This document shows, in pieces, positions 49,301 to 59,931 of a stretch of 64,000 nucleotides of DNA (position 1 is the first letter of the stretch; the number at the start of each line of letters is the position of its first letter). The stretch lies in the IMG/VR virus record IMGVR_UViG_3300005805_000070, positions 1-64,000 of that record; one strand, given 5' to 3'. The stretch is from a virus (taxonomy: Duplodnaviria > Caudoviricetes). Both the position numbers and the translations under genes were made by a program. Under the pieces are notes generated by a model that was not told where the DNA came from, did no database searches, and worked only from the letters and a program-made list of their open reading frames with translations.

Positions 49301-51829
49301 TCCTTGAACACCTTGTGTTCCCTGAAGACCTTGTAAACCTTGTAAACCTTGTGCTCCCTGGAGACCTTGACCAGCGAATAATCCATCAAGACCCTGGACA
49401 CCTTGCAATCCCTGGATTCCTTGTAAACCTTGAATTCCCTGCAATCCCTGAACACCTTGGGCACCTTGAAGACCAGTTTCTCCGAGTGCTCCTTGAAGAC
49501 CCTGTAGACCTTGAATTCCCTGCAATCCCTGAACACCCTGGCCACCCTGTAAACCAGTATTTCCAGATTCTCCTTGTACTCCAGTTCTTCCCTGAGTTCC
49601 TTGAAGACCTTGTGTTCCTTGCCCACCAACACCACCAAATAAACCTTGAGAACCTTGGAATCCAGCTAAACCTTGAGATCCCTGAGTTCCTTGTGCTCCT
49701 TGAGCTCCAACAGCACCAAAAGTTCCTTGAGAACCTTGAGCACCTATAGATCCCTGTAAACCTTGAGCACCTACACCACCAAAAGTTCCTTGATTCCCCT
49801 GTAAACCTTGGGTTCCTTGTCTACCTTGAGTTCCTTGAGCACCCTGAGCACCTACACCACCAAATAATCCTTGAATTCCCTGAAGACCTTGAGTTCCTTG
49901 AGTTCCTTGAGCGCCTTGTGCTCCAGTGCCACCAAAAGCACCTTGAAGACCTTGTAAACCTTGAAGACCTTGAGTTCCTTGAGCCCCAACACCACCAAAT
50001 AAACCTTGAGTACCTTGAGCACCCTGTGTTCCTTGTGCTCCTTCTGTTCCTTGAGTTCCTCCAGCACCTTCTGTTCCTTGAATTCCTGTTCTACCCTGAA
50101 CACCTTGAGTTCCTTGGGTTCCTTGTGCGCCTTGAGCTCCACTATCTCCAAAAGTTCCTTGAAGACCTTGGGCACCTTGCATACCTTGTAGACCTTGAGT
50201 TCCCTGTGCTCCAAGAGCACCAGATAAACCCTGAGATCCTTGAGAACCTTGCAATCCTTGAGTTCCTTGTGCTCCTTGAGTGCCTTGTGCCCCAGTTCCA
50301 CCAAAAGTACCTTGTGATCCTTGAGCACCTTGTGATCCTAAAGTTCCTTGGAGACCTTGCGTTCCTTGAGTTCCTTGGAGTCCCTGAAGACCTTGAGCAC
50401 CTTGTAATCCCTGAACACCTTGAGTTCCTTGAGTACCTTGTGCCCCAGTTCCACCAAAAGTACCTTGTGATCCTTGAGCACCTTGTAAACCTTGGCGTCC
50501 TTGTCCTCCCTGAAGACCTTGCAAACCTTGAACACCTTGAGTTCCTTGGGCACCTTGCATTCCTTGAGTGCCTTGAGTTCCCTGAGTTCCTTGTGAACCT
50601 GTTGAACCGCTAGAACCCTGAGTTCCTTGTCTTCCTTGAGTTCCTTGTAAACCTTGGTTTCCTTGAGTTCCTTGAGACCCCTGAGCACCGTCAGCCCCTT
50701 GTGTTCCCTGATTACCTTGTAATCCTTGAGCACCCTGACCACCAACTCCACCAAATAATCCTTGAGATCCTTGAGTTCCTTGGGCACCCTGTAATCCTTG
50801 AGTGCCTTGAGCACCTTGCAAACCTTGCAGACCCTGAGTTCCTTGTCTTCCTTGCAATCCTTGAAGACCTTGAACACCCTGAAGACCTTGAGCTCCCTGA
50901 AGACCTTGTAAACCTTGCAGACCTTGAACGCCCTGAGGACCAGGATCTCCAATATTTCCTTGGACACCTTGAGCACCCTGAATTCCTTGAGCTCCTTGAA
51001 TACCTTGAGCACCCTGAGCACTTTGTGGTCCTTGAAGACCCTGAGTTCCCTGAAAACCTATACCTTGAGAACCCTGTAAACCTTGAGCACCTTGTAAACC
51101 TTGAGTTCCTTGAGCACTTAATCCACCCTGAGTTCCCTGAGCACCCTGAGCACCTTGCAGACCCTGTAATCCTTGGAGGCCAGTCCCGCCAAATTGACCT
51201 TGAGTTCCTTGGGCGCCCTGTAAACCTTGCCCAGCAAAATCACCAGGAATACCTTGAGCACCCTGGGTTCCTTGCCCACCTTGCGCTCCTTGTGCTCCTT
51301 GTGCTCCTTGAGCACCCTGCGCTCCTTGAATACCTTGTGCGCCTATCCTCCCCTGCGCTCCTTGTGCTCCTTGTGCTCCTTGTGTTCCTTGAGTACCCTG
51401 ACCTGCAAATTCACCAGGAATACCTTGAGCACCTTGGGTTCCCTGTGCTCCCTGCGCCCCAGCAGAACCTTGAGTACCCTGAGCACCCTGACGACCTTGA
51501 ATACCTTGTGCGCCTTGAGCACCTTGTGTACCTTGTGCTCCTTGTGTACCTTGAGCACCCTGCGTTCCCTGTAGACCTTGAACCGTTAGTTCTAAACTAG
51601 GAACCCAATATCTTTTTCCAGTATAAAAATTATTATTTGTACCATCATCAACTGCAGTGAGAACATACTGATCTCCTGCAGGATATGGATTTGCTCCAAC
51701 AGAAGATACTCCAACACGAGGATCTCCTAAGTCTGGTTCTGCTTGTTCCAGGCCAAGAAATTCGTATCTATCCGAAGTGATACCTGTTTGTGGTAATCTT
51801 TTTTCTCTTCCAGAAACAAGTCTTCCCAT
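46397..51829 (-). CDS. 1810-aa collagen-like (Gly-X-Gln) fibre protein
   Basis: About 1670 aa of Gly-X-Y triplets (mostly GAQ/GTQ/GLQ) between short globular ends; C-terminal GNNGDIWYQY. Confidence 0.9.
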   Translation of the reverse strand: MGRLVSGREKRLPQTGITSDRYEFLGLEQAEPDLGDPRVGVSSVGANPYPAGDQYVLTAVDDGTNNNFYTGKRYWVPSLELTVQGLQGTQGAQGTQGAQGTQGAQGAQGIQGRQGAQGTQGSAGAQGAQGTQGAQGIPGEFAGQGTQGTQGAQGAQGAQGRIGAQGIQGAQGAQGAQGAQGAQGGQGTQGAQGIPGDFAGQGLQGAQGTQGQFGGTGLQGLQGLQGAQGAQGTQGGLSAQGTQGLQGAQGLQGSQGIGFQGTQGLQGPQSAQGAQGIQGAQGIQGAQGVQGNIGDPGPQGVQGLQGLQGLQGAQGLQGVQGLQGLQGRQGTQGLQGLQGAQGTQGLQGAQGTQGSQGLFGGVGGQGAQGLQGNQGTQGADGAQGSQGTQGNQGLQGTQGRQGTQGSSGSTGSQGTQGTQGTQGMQGAQGTQGVQGLQGLQGGQGRQGLQGAQGSQGTFGGTGAQGTQGTQGVQGLQGAQGLQGLQGTQGTQGLQGTLGSQGAQGSQGTFGGTGAQGTQGAQGTQGLQGSQGSQGLSGALGAQGTQGLQGMQGAQGLQGTFGDSGAQGAQGTQGTQGVQGRTGIQGTEGAGGTQGTEGAQGTQGAQGTQGLFGGVGAQGTQGLQGLQGLQGAFGGTGAQGAQGTQGTQGLQGIQGLFGGVGAQGAQGTQGRQGTQGLQGNQGTFGGVGAQGLQGSIGAQGSQGTFGAVGAQGAQGTQGSQGLAGFQGSQGLFGGVGGQGTQGLQGTQGRTGVQGESGNTGLQGGQGVQGLQGIQGLQGLQGALGETGLQGAQGVQGLQGIQGLQGIQGLQGVQGLDGLFAGQGLQGAQGLQGLQGLQGTQGVQGMEGAQGAQGTQGVQGMEGAQGAQGTQGLQGTQGLQGTQGLQGLQGTQGLGGDTGTQGAQGTQGAQGLQGTQGTQGLQGLQGLQGSQGLQGAQGTQGAQGTQGLQGLQGIQGLQGAQGTQGLSGFTGLQGSQGAQGLQGVQGLQGAQGLQGTQGLQGLQGLQGVQGFQGLQGTQGTQGLQGLQGLQGSQGLQGAQGLQGTFGGTGAQGAQGTQGLQGNQGLQGLQGTQGLQGLQGLQGVQGFQGLQGTQGLQGSQGRQGLQGLQGTQGFQGLQGTQGLQGAQGTQGLQGLQGRQGLQGTDGTTGAQGAQGTQGLQGLQGAQGTQGLQGAQGRQGLQGAQGTQGLQGLQGTQGTFGGTGAQGAQGTQGLQGNQGLQGLQGTQGAQGTQGLQGNQGLQGAQGSQGTFGSIGAQGAQGTQGLQGLQGLQGSQGLQGAQGRQGLQGLQGTQGFQGLQGTQGAQGTQGAQGAQGTQGLQGAQGLQGTFGGVGAQGAQGTQGLQGAQGTQGAQGLQGRQGAQGIQGLQGTQGLQGAQGIQGQFGGVGGQGAQGTQGMQGSQGTQGAQGLQGRQGAQGIQGAQGAQGSQGLQGLQGLSGSGGAQGAQGTQGAQGLQGRQGAQGVQGSGVQGAQGAQGAQGSQGLQGAQGTFGGVGAQGAQGTQGAQGIQGNIGAQGTQGAQGLQGRQGLQGLQGAGAQGAQGRQGAQGLQGGLSAQGAQGLQGVQGTFGGVGAQGAQGTQGLQGLQGILGSSGAQGAQGIQGLQGAQGRQGLQGSPGAGAQGAQGAQGAQGRQGIQGQFGGTGAQGAQGIQGSIGAQGLQGAFGGVGGQGTQGAQGLIGAQGIQGQFGGTGAQGAQGAQGRIGAQGTQGLFGGNGAQGAQGTQGRQGLQGLQGAFGGVGGQGTQGAQGSFGNQGLQGSTNVTITVNQTSYGGTNPITVSSGTTINIASTSNAYGTRTVSTAGASGGNNGDIWYQY

Positions 51830-51838
51830 ATTTACCTA

Positions 51839-52192
51839 TTATTGCTTTGCTGTTTCAAGAACACTCAAAACGAGTTCTAATACATTATTAGCATTACACT
51901 GAATCTTTATAACATCATTAGTTTCTAAAACAAGTCTTCCATCAGGAACTAAATTTAAACTATCACTAGCTGGAATTGGTGCAGAACTAGCAAATTTATA
52001 ATCCGCTTTTGGCTCTGAACTTCTAGAATGTACCGCAGTTACATTAAATGTAGTACCTGCAGTTGATACATTTGTTACTTGTGAAAGAATAATAATTGAA
52101 GCAACACCAATAGGGCAAGTATAAATTCCAACAAGGTCTGTTGTAACTCCTACTCTAAGTGTTCTAAATTTATTAAGTGCAATTGCTGCCAT
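51839..52192 (-). CDS. small conserved virion structural protein
   Basis: ORF track; beta-rich, lies between fibre genes. Confidence 0.75.
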   Translation of the reverse strand: MAAIALNKFRTLRVGVTTDLVGIYTCPIGVASIIILSQVTNVSTAGTTFNVTAVHSRSSEPKADYKFASSAPIPASDSLNLVPDGRLVLETNDVIKIQCNANNVLELVLSVLETAKQ

Positions 52193-52193
52193 A

Positions 52194-55100
52194 TTATCTA
52201 CTTAATCCAAGAATTAAAGGTGTTACTGTATTTAATAGACTTTGACTAAATGCTCTACCAGAAATAGTACCTGTTAATTGGTTAATAACGATATCATCTC
52301 CAATTTGGAAGTTTCCTGCTTGGTTTGTACTTGTATAAACAACTTGACCACCGTTTACTTTTGTTACTTCATTTTCTTGAATTGTAACTCCACCCAGAGC
52401 AGGTTTTGCTGTGAAGATATTTGTTCCAGCACCAACCCACTCAAGTGATATAGAAGTTGCAATTTGAAGACTTAATCTAGAAAAATAAACTGTAGTTCCA
52501 GCACCTAGTGTATTATTTAGATTGGTATTCAGAACGATAGTGGAGATACCAGCACTAGGTAAAGTTGCAGATTCAATAGTATAATAAATTGGACTCATTA
52601 TAGATGTAGCAGCTGCTCCTACACCACCTCCACCAGTAAAAGTAACTATTGGTGGATTTAAATATTGATTACCTGTACTAATTACATCAACCGAAACCAC
52701 TCTTCCAGTCTCATCAATATTAGAAACAGCTTCTGCAGTAATTCCATTAGGACCTTCTGGAGCAGAAAGTGTTACATTTGGTGGAGTTGTATATCCACTA
52801 CCACCATCATTAACCTTTACACTTTGAACAGAATAGAATAAGTCCCCAAAATAAAGTGCTTGTCCGTCATATGGTCTTTGTGATCCTATTCCTGTAACAA
52901 CTATTACATCTTGTTCTAATTCCGCTTCTTGGACAATTTCGCCAGTATAACGATATATTGACTTAGTGTTACTATCTCCAACACCATTTGAGTATAGACC
53001 ATAATTTCCAAAAGATGCGTTTGAGTTTGTAATATCGCATTGTCCACCAGATGATGTGTAAATTGCAATATCATCACAAATAGTAAAGATGGAAACCAAC
53101 TGAGAATATGCACCGTTGGTAATTGAAACTCCAATACCACCTTGATTGTATTGAGTGTAAGAGTCAACTGACATTGTTCCAGTAACACCAATATCAGTTT
53201 CATCGCCAGGTTCTGCATTAAAACCATCAACTTTCATTCCAATACTATCTTGGATAAAATTAGTTGCGTTTCTAATATATGGACCTTGCGTAATTGGACC
53301 AACACCTTTTGAGAATGGAGGATACACAACACCACCAGCAACATAAGTATGTGGAATTGTAGAAGCACCAACTCTTACTGTGAACTCATCTATTCCTGGA
53401 GTTTTCAGAACTTCAAACGCATATCCTTCGTTACCTGTAGGATATATTGTTGTAGTTCCTGCACCACTTGAGCAAGCAAACTCAAGATTATAGAGAGTCA
53501 TAAAGTCACCCTTTCTAACTCTAATACCAGGTGCCGTAACTGTTGTTAATCCAGTAATATGATCGTATTGTGCATTGAATACATCAAATGCTCTATTAAC
53601 AACATATCCACCATATTCATAAATGTGTGGAATTGTTGAAACACCAACGTAAATATCAAAAGAACCGTCTGGATATAGTTTTTCTACATAAAACTCATAT
53701 CCGTTTGCTCCCGATGGGAATGCTTGAGTTGAAGTTGTAATTCCATTTGAAGAGCAGGAGAATATTAAATCTCTTATTTCAACAACATCACCTTTCTTGA
53801 CGTAGAAGTTGGGGCAGAAAACTTGCGTTCTTCCACTTGTATTATCATAATATGCAGTAGAAACTCCAGCAACTCTTTCAAATCCAGCGCCACGATTTCC
53901 TGGATATGAAGTTGTGATGCCTGCTTCAGATCCCAGTCCAACAATTGTTGTAACAACCCCAACACAAGAACGTAATGCAGATGTTACATCTTGGCAAGAA
54001 TTAATTGCATTATTAAATCCTGTAAGAGGATCTGCTTGCATTGCAAGATCTTTGACTTGGAAGAATTCTTTCTGGAAGTTTTCATACTTTTGAACAGTTC
54101 CACCAGAAAGATATGCATGAGGAATTACTGTCTTACCACCAACAAAACTAAATGTATTTGGTCCAACTACAGATTTAACTGGGAATACATATCCAAATGT
54201 TCCGTCTGGGAAAATATTAGTTGTATAATTTGCAATTAGTTCACCACCAGTGACATAATTATGTGCTATAGAAGAAACTCCAACGTTGATTTTAACCTTA
54301 TTAGAAGTATAAAGAGTTGGGAAACTACTTAAGTTACCGTTGGTAATAGTATTTGTAAGAATACCAATTAGATTATCAATATTGCTTCTGACATCAGCAC
54401 AAGATGCAGGATCTGTATTAAATCCAGTTGCTGGATCTGGTGTAATGGTTAGATCTTTTTTGTTAAGGAGATTATTGATTGCCAATTTGGCATAATCCCT
54501 AACAGCATTAAATGCTGTAATTGATTCCGCTTCTTCTCCAACTAAACCATTAGAAATTGGAGACCCGTTGGCATCAAAATATGCTCTAGCTGCTTCACGA
54601 ATATGCTTATTAGTTCCAAACCTAAGATCTTTTATAAGAGCATCAACAATGTATCCAATATCCCTTCTACACTTATTTTCACCAGCAACAAAAATACCAC
54701 GATTGATTGTGATGCCATTTAGATAAGTTGTTGTACCATAGAACAGAGTATTAGTAACAATTTCAGTTAAAGTATTCAGAGCTGCTTGAACGTTTGCACA
54801 AGAAGATGGGTTTACATTACTGTTTGTTAATGGATCTGGAGTGATGGTTAAATCTTTAATTGTCAATTGATTAGTGAGAGCTTGTTTCATCAACTCCCTA
54901 GCTTGGGCAAAAGCATAGTTTGATTCTGTCACTTCTCCTTGCAAACCATTGGAAATTAAATTGCCAGTTGTTGCATTAAAATACTGCTTAATAAACTCAA
55001 TAGTGTAAGAATTACCACCAGTAAATAGGTCTATTGATAGTGCATCAACAAAATATCCAAGATCTCTCTTACACTTATTTTCTGTTGTGCCAATTGATGG

Positions 55101-58100
55101 ATAGTTTGCAACAGTTGCATTCCAAGCACTGTTTACAATCTCAGTTTTATTTTGCTGAATTAATCTATAAGCATCTCTATATCTGGAGAATCTTGTAGTT
55201 TGAACATCATTTGGGAAATAGAAATCTGAATGAGCAATGGCAATTGCTGCCAGTGATTTATCCATAATCTCAATTTTGTTCGCTTGAATCAAATTAGAAG
55301 CATCAACATACCTATTATCATTTGTGGCAATTACTTGGAAATCATATCCATTGTTACCTGATGGGAAGTATGAAGTTGAAGGTCCGCCGCCACTATCACA
55401 AACCCAAACAAGATTTTCAATTCTAACTTTCTTACCTGGTTCAATATACATTCCTGGGTCAGTATTTGTCCCCAATCCAACAGTTACAATAGTAGTGATT
55501 CCTGTTGATGCATCATAAGATGCTGTGGAAATTCCAAACTTGGGAGTGTAAACTCTAGCGGCGGTTCCACCAGTTACATAAGTATGAGGCAATGTAGAAG
55601 TTCCTACATTAACAGTAAATGTATTTGAATCAATAATATCAAGAACTGTAAAATCATAACGATAGTTTCCTGATGGGAAGTATGAAGTTGAAGGTCCGCC
55701 ACCACTATTACATTCAAAGACTAAATTCTCTAATTTAACTCTATTACCAGATTGAATTGGTAATGGGCTTTCTGTAGTAATAGAAGTAATCCCAGAAATT
55801 TCATTATAAACTGCGGTTACAACTCCAATAGATATTCCTGGAGAATTTTCTGGGCAGTGGAACAGTAAATTCTCAATTTTAACAGGGTTATTAACAGACA
55901 ATCCGTGATTAATTGCAGTGATTGTAGTAATACCAGTTGCAAAATCGTAGGTGGCATCTACAACAGTTGTTCCTAAGCCAACAGGATAACCACCCCAAGT
56001 ACAATTATTAATAACAGCTCTTGCAACATTGAAAGAATAATCAAAAGTTGCGATTGTTTGGTCAACTTCACCAGGATTTTTGAGGATCTGTGGGATTAAA
56101 TTCCAATTATCATCAAAATATGATTTTGCTGCCCCAACACACTTAGAATTACCACCTCTAGTAATATCAAAAATTACTGCTTTCCAAACATCTTTTACAT
56201 CATCCGAACAATCTTTACTTTCTAGTGTAACTCCAAAACGTACACCTGGAGCAACAGATGTTGATGCTGCCCCAATCATTTCTGTTACAATTCCAACCAA
56301 TTGCTTAACAGTTGTTCCAACACCAACACATCCACCAGAAACTTGAATAACTGATGGGTTCTTAAATTGTGTAATACTACCAACTCCAGATTGATAAGAA
56401 ATTGTTGGGGTTAGGTTATTAATAACATGAGTTGCAATACCAGCAGCATAGTCAAGTGCAGCAATAGTTGCTTGTTGAGTTGCAATTCCAGTAATATGAA
56501 TTAAACCACCACTGCTATTAAAATATGAATATCCAGCACCAATAGATTTTTTGTTACTATTTGCCTTAAGGTCGTTTGATACTGCAGTAAAAACACTTAC
56601 AATATCTTCTTTGCAGTTAGTATAATCACCACTCGAAAGAGTGAATCCATATCCAACTGGAGATGTTAAGAATCCGACTGCCTCTGCTGCAATATAATTT
56701 AAGTTATTATCAATTAATCTAGCAGCATCCTGCTCTCTGTGACTACCTGCAAAACCACTGAATCCACTTGTTAGGAATCCAACTGATTCTCTAGCGATGT
56801 AATCAAGATTCAAACGAAGCATTCTAGCACCATCAAAGAATCTATCGGTTGCCACACCAGAAAGTGCTTGAAGAGCAATAATAGCGGCACCATTAGTCAT
56901 TGGTTGACCAATAAAACTTACGTCAGTAATATGGCACCCATTGTTTACATAGAAGAAATCTCTATCTGGGAATCTTGGGGTTAATACACAGTTACGGAGT
57001 TCAGTACCTTCAACAGCAACTGTTTTTTTAAGAACAATCGGATTATCTTCAATGTAAGTTCCTGGGAAAACTTTAATCGTGTCTGCAAACTGTGCAACTG
57101 CCGCTGCTGCTTTAATAGTTCTCTTTGGATAATTTTCGGCTAAACCAGTGTTATTATCATTACCAGTCTGAGAAACATAAATTGTTTTTCCAACTGGGCG
57201 ATAAGCATCTACTTTTACAACACCCTTTCCTGGATTTTGAGTTCCTGTAATATCAACACCGATCCCAGGAACTAATTGTGTAACAATGCCAACTAAATTA
57301 ACACCATCTCCAAAATATGCATTAGCCTGTACATTATTTCTAGATTCTAATTCACCAGCGATGATTAAACCTGTTGCATCCACTTGTACTGCTTCTACAG
57401 TAGAGACTGTTGAAGGTCCAGTAACACTTAATTGTGTTACAGATGCAATACCACCAATAACATCAATAGATGTGGAAGCAATACCAACTAAAGATCCAAC
57501 AAACTGTGAAGCAGTTGCAACTCCAGTTAATGATAATGAAGTTGCGTTAATAATATTTTGAGTAGATACTCCACTTACACTTAAGGAAGTGACAGATGCA
57601 ATACCACCAATAACATTAACAGATGTTAAAGCAGTTCCTGCAAGATTTCCGACAAAGTTTGTTGCGGTTACTACACCAGAAACATTAATTCCTGTTGCGT
57701 TAGTTGCGGTTAAAGTTGAAACACCACTTACGTTTAGACCAACTACATCAGCAACTCCACCAATAACATTAATCGATGTTAATGCAGTTCCTGCAAGATT
57801 TCCAACAAATTCTGTTGCAGTTACTACACCAGAAACATTAATGCCAGAAGATTCAACTGCAGTTAATGTACTTACCCCAGATACGGTTAATTCTGATACA
57901 TATGCTACTCCACCAATAACATCAATAGAAGTAGTTGCCGTTCCTACAAGATCACCATAGAATTGTTGTGCAGTTGCAATTCCAGTTACAAATAATTCAG
58001 AAGCTGTAGTTAATCCTAAAGTTGTAACTCCACTAACACTTAATTGAGTTACTGAAGCAATGCCACCAATAACATCTATTGCTGTTGAAGCAATACCAAC

Positions 58101-59930
58101 AAGATTGCCATAAAATTGAGATGCTGTGGCAATACCTGTTACAAATAATTGAGATGCTGTAGTTAATCCTAAGGTCGTAACTCCACTAACACTTAATTGA
58201 GTTACTGAAGCAATGCCGCCAATAACATTAATCGATGTAGTTGCAGTCCCAAGAAGATTGAAAGCATCAATTGCAGTTAATGCTGTGCCTACAAGATCTC
58301 CATAGAATAAAGATGCAGTTGCAACCCCACTTATAAAAAGTTGATTTGCACTTGCAATCCCAAGTGTAGAGAAACCAGATACATTTAGATTTGTTATATC
58401 AGCAAATCCACCAATAACATCTATTGCTGTTGAAGCAATACCAACAAGATTGCCATAGAAATCTTGTGCTGTAACTATTCCTACAAAGAAACCGTTATTT
58501 CCTACATCTAAATTATCACCAACATCCAAACTATTGCCAACATTTAAGAAGTTTGCAATATTCGCACTTCCACCAATGTTTAAATTCTTTTCAATGCCAA
58601 CACCACCCTCTACAACTAAGGCACCAGTGTCTTTATCAATTGATTGAGTTACGCTCTCAACTTTTGTATCACCAGTAACTCTCAATATATCATCAATGAT
58701 TGTAATTCCTGATGTGGAGTTTAGATTAAGATCTCCAATACTAGTATCAATAGTGTTATCGTTACCAACACCTATTCTTATATTACCAATATATGATTCA
58801 CTAAATGGGAGTCCATTAATACCAAGATATGCCCCATATGCAGTATCTGGAATAATTCCTGTAGCAAAAGTAACTTGCTGAGTAAATGTAGATATACCAG
58901 CAACGGTTAGATTTGTTAAAATATTAGTTTCATTTTCAGAAGAATTGAGAACCAAATTGCCATTTGAAGTCGTAATGACATTTGGGTCGAATCCAACACC
59001 TAACTGAAGATCTGCAGCATATACACCTTTATCTGCATAAACTTCATTATTAAATGTTCCAACTCCAGCTACATTTAAATTCCCAGTTACATCAAGACTA
59101 TCATCAATTAAAGTTAATCCGCCAATATAAGTTTCACCTTTAATCGAAGCACCAAGACCAACTCTAAGTGAAGCTCCAATAATTGCTGCTCCACCAACAT
59201 CAAGGTTTGTGGAAAATCTACCATCACCAATAACTTCTAATGAATATTGTGGGTTATTGGTGTTAATACCAACGTTAGAAAATCTGTAAACGTTTAATCC
59301 ATTGTAATCCCAATAATCTGTTACAAGGATATCAGCAATGTCTACATTTGATGGATTTACAAAAGCCTCTACACTATCTATTGAGACTCCATTACTTCTT
59401 CCCGTTCTAAAATTTAATCCCCTATAAGAAGAAATTCCAAGTAAAATTCCATCATTGTAAACAAAAATACCCTGGTTAATTGATGGAGTAATAGTTGTCC
59501 ATCTGATTCCATTGGAATCTTTTGATAGATAGGCACCAATAACACCATCATCATTAGAAGAATCGAAAATATCATTTTTAATTTTTATACTTCCACCAAT
59601 ATCCAGATTTTGTTCTGGATTTGTCGAACCAATGCCAACCTTACCAGTTAGACCATCAGCATTAAATTTTGAAATTCCTCCTTTTGGTCCTACTGTAAAT
59701 AATTCAGATACATTTAAAAGTCTAACTGCTAAACTATCATCAATCGTTACATCATTTTGGAAAAAAGCATTTCCTTGGAATGTTGCAATTCCAGAGACGT
59801 TAATATTATTGAACCTTGTCTGCTCTTCTTTTTCAAAGTCATAATATAATCTACCGTAAATATAAACGTCTTTATAAAAACGGGAATTTTCGTTGAAAAA
59901 TGTTTCTTGACCAAAAGTAGATTCTGCCAT
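52194..59930 (-). CDS. 2578-aa baseplate wedge/fibre-like structural protein with internal repeats
   Basis: About 50-aa DVIGGIASVTQLSVSG repeats and repeated FxCxSGGG..FPSG domains. Confidence 0.8.
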   Translation of the reverse strand: MAESTFGQETFFNENSRFYKDVYIYGRLYYDFEKEEQTRFNNINVSGIATFQGNAFFQNDVTIDDSLAVRLLNVSELFTVGPKGGISKFNADGLTGKVGIGSTNPEQNLDIGGSIKIKNDIFDSSNDDGVIGAYLSKDSNGIRWTTITPSINQGIFVYNDGILLGISSYRGLNFRTGRSNGVSIDSVEAFVNPSNVDIADILVTDYWDYNGLNVYRFSNVGINTNNPQYSLEVIGDGRFSTNLDVGGAAIIGASLRVGLGASIKGETYIGGLTLIDDSLDVTGNLNVAGVGTFNNEVYADKGVYAADLQLGVGFDPNVITTSNGNLVLNSSENETNILTNLTVAGISTFTQQVTFATGIIPDTAYGAYLGINGLPFSESYIGNIRIGVGNDNTIDTSIGDLNLNSTSGITIIDDILRVTGDTKVESVTQSIDKDTGALVVEGGVGIEKNLNIGGSANIANFLNVGNSLDVGDNLDVGNNGFFVGIVTAQDFYGNLVGIASTAIDVIGGFADITNLNVSGFSTLGIASANQLFISGVATASLFYGDLVGTALTAIDAFNLLGTATTSINVIGGIASVTQLSVSGVTTLGLTTASQLFVTGIATASQFYGNLVGIASTAIDVIGGIASVTQLSVSGVTTLGLTTASELFVTGIATAQQFYGDLVGTATTSIDVIGGVAYVSELTVSGVSTLTAVESSGINVSGVVTATEFVGNLAGTALTSINVIGGVADVVGLNVSGVSTLTATNATGINVSGVVTATNFVGNLAGTALTSVNVIGGIASVTSLSVSGVSTQNIINATSLSLTGVATASQFVGSLVGIASTSIDVIGGIASVTQLSVTGPSTVSTVEAVQVDATGLIIAGELESRNNVQANAYFGDGVNLVGIVTQLVPGIGVDITGTQNPGKGVVKVDAYRPVGKTIYVSQTGNDNNTGLAENYPKRTIKAAAAVAQFADTIKVFPGTYIEDNPIVLKKTVAVEGTELRNCVLTPRFPDRDFFYVNNGCHITDVSFIGQPMTNGAAIIALQALSGVATDRFFDGARMLRLNLDYIARESVGFLTSGFSGFAGSHREQDAARLIDNNLNYIAAEAVGFLTSPVGYGFTLSSGDYTNCKEDIVSVFTAVSNDLKANSNKKSIGAGYSYFNSSGGLIHITGIATQQATIAALDYAAGIATHVINNLTPTISYQSGVGSITQFKNPSVIQVSGGCVGVGTTVKQLVGIVTEMIGAASTSVAPGVRFGVTLESKDCSDDVKDVWKAVIFDITRGGNSKCVGAAKSYFDDNWNLIPQILKNPGEVDQTIATFDYSFNVARAVINNCTWGGYPVGLGTTVVDATYDFATGITTITAINHGLSVNNPVKIENLLFHCPENSPGISIGVVTAVYNEISGITSITTESPLPIQSGNRVKLENLVFECNSGGGPSTSYFPSGNYRYDFTVLDIIDSNTFTVNVGTSTLPHTYVTGGTAARVYTPKFGISTASYDASTGITTIVTVGLGTNTDPGMYIEPGKKVRIENLVWVCDSGGGPSTSYFPSGNNGYDFQVIATNDNRYVDASNLIQANKIEIMDKSLAAIAIAHSDFYFPNDVQTTRFSRYRDAYRLIQQNKTEIVNSAWNATVANYPSIGTTENKCKRDLGYFVDALSIDLFTGGNSYTIEFIKQYFNATTGNLISNGLQGEVTESNYAFAQARELMKQALTNQLTIKDLTITPDPLTNSNVNPSSCANVQAALNTLTEIVTNTLFYGTTTYLNGITINRGIFVAGENKCRRDIGYIVDALIKDLRFGTNKHIREAARAYFDANGSPISNGLVGEEAESITAFNAVRDYAKLAINNLLNKKDLTITPDPATGFNTDPASCADVRSNIDNLIGILTNTITNGNLSSFPTLYTSNKVKINVGVSSIAHNYVTGGELIANYTTNIFPDGTFGYVFPVKSVVGPNTFSFVGGKTVIPHAYLSGGTVQKYENFQKEFFQVKDLAMQADPLTGFNNAINSCQDVTSALRSCVGVVTTIVGLGSEAGITTSYPGNRGAGFERVAGVSTAYYDNTSGRTQVFCPNFYVKKGDVVEIRDLIFSCSSNGITTSTQAFPSGANGYEFYVEKLYPDGSFDIYVGVSTIPHIYEYGGYVVNRAFDVFNAQYDHITGLTTVTAPGIRVRKGDFMTLYNLEFACSSGAGTTTIYPTGNEGYAFEVLKTPGIDEFTVRVGASTIPHTYVAGGVVYPPFSKGVGPITQGPYIRNATNFIQDSIGMKVDGFNAEPGDETDIGVTGTMSVDSYTQYNQGGIGVSITNGAYSQLVSIFTICDDIAIYTSSGGQCDITNSNASFGNYGLYSNGVGDSNTKSIYRYTGEIVQEAELEQDVIVVTGIGSQRPYDGQALYFGDLFYSVQSVKVNDGGSGYTTPPNVTLSAPEGPNGITAEAVSNIDETGRVVSVDVISTGNQYLNPPIVTFTGGGGVGAAATSIMSPIYYTIESATLPSAGISTIVLNTNLNNTLGAGTTVYFSRLSLQIATSISLEWVGAGTNIFTAKPALGGVTIQENEVTKVNGGQVVYTSTNQAGNFQIGDDIVINQLTGTISGRAFSQSLLNTVTPLILGLSR

Positions 59931-59931
59931 A

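Noticed and set aside
46366-51600. Many long alternative-frame and antisense ORFs (LKV/LEHL repeats)
   Set aside because: Artefacts of the 9-bp periodic collagen codons
55360-55710. About 40-nt near-identical repeat in the 2578-aa gene
   Set aside because: Encodes a duplicated CxSGGGPSTSYFPSG domain; ordinary domain repetition
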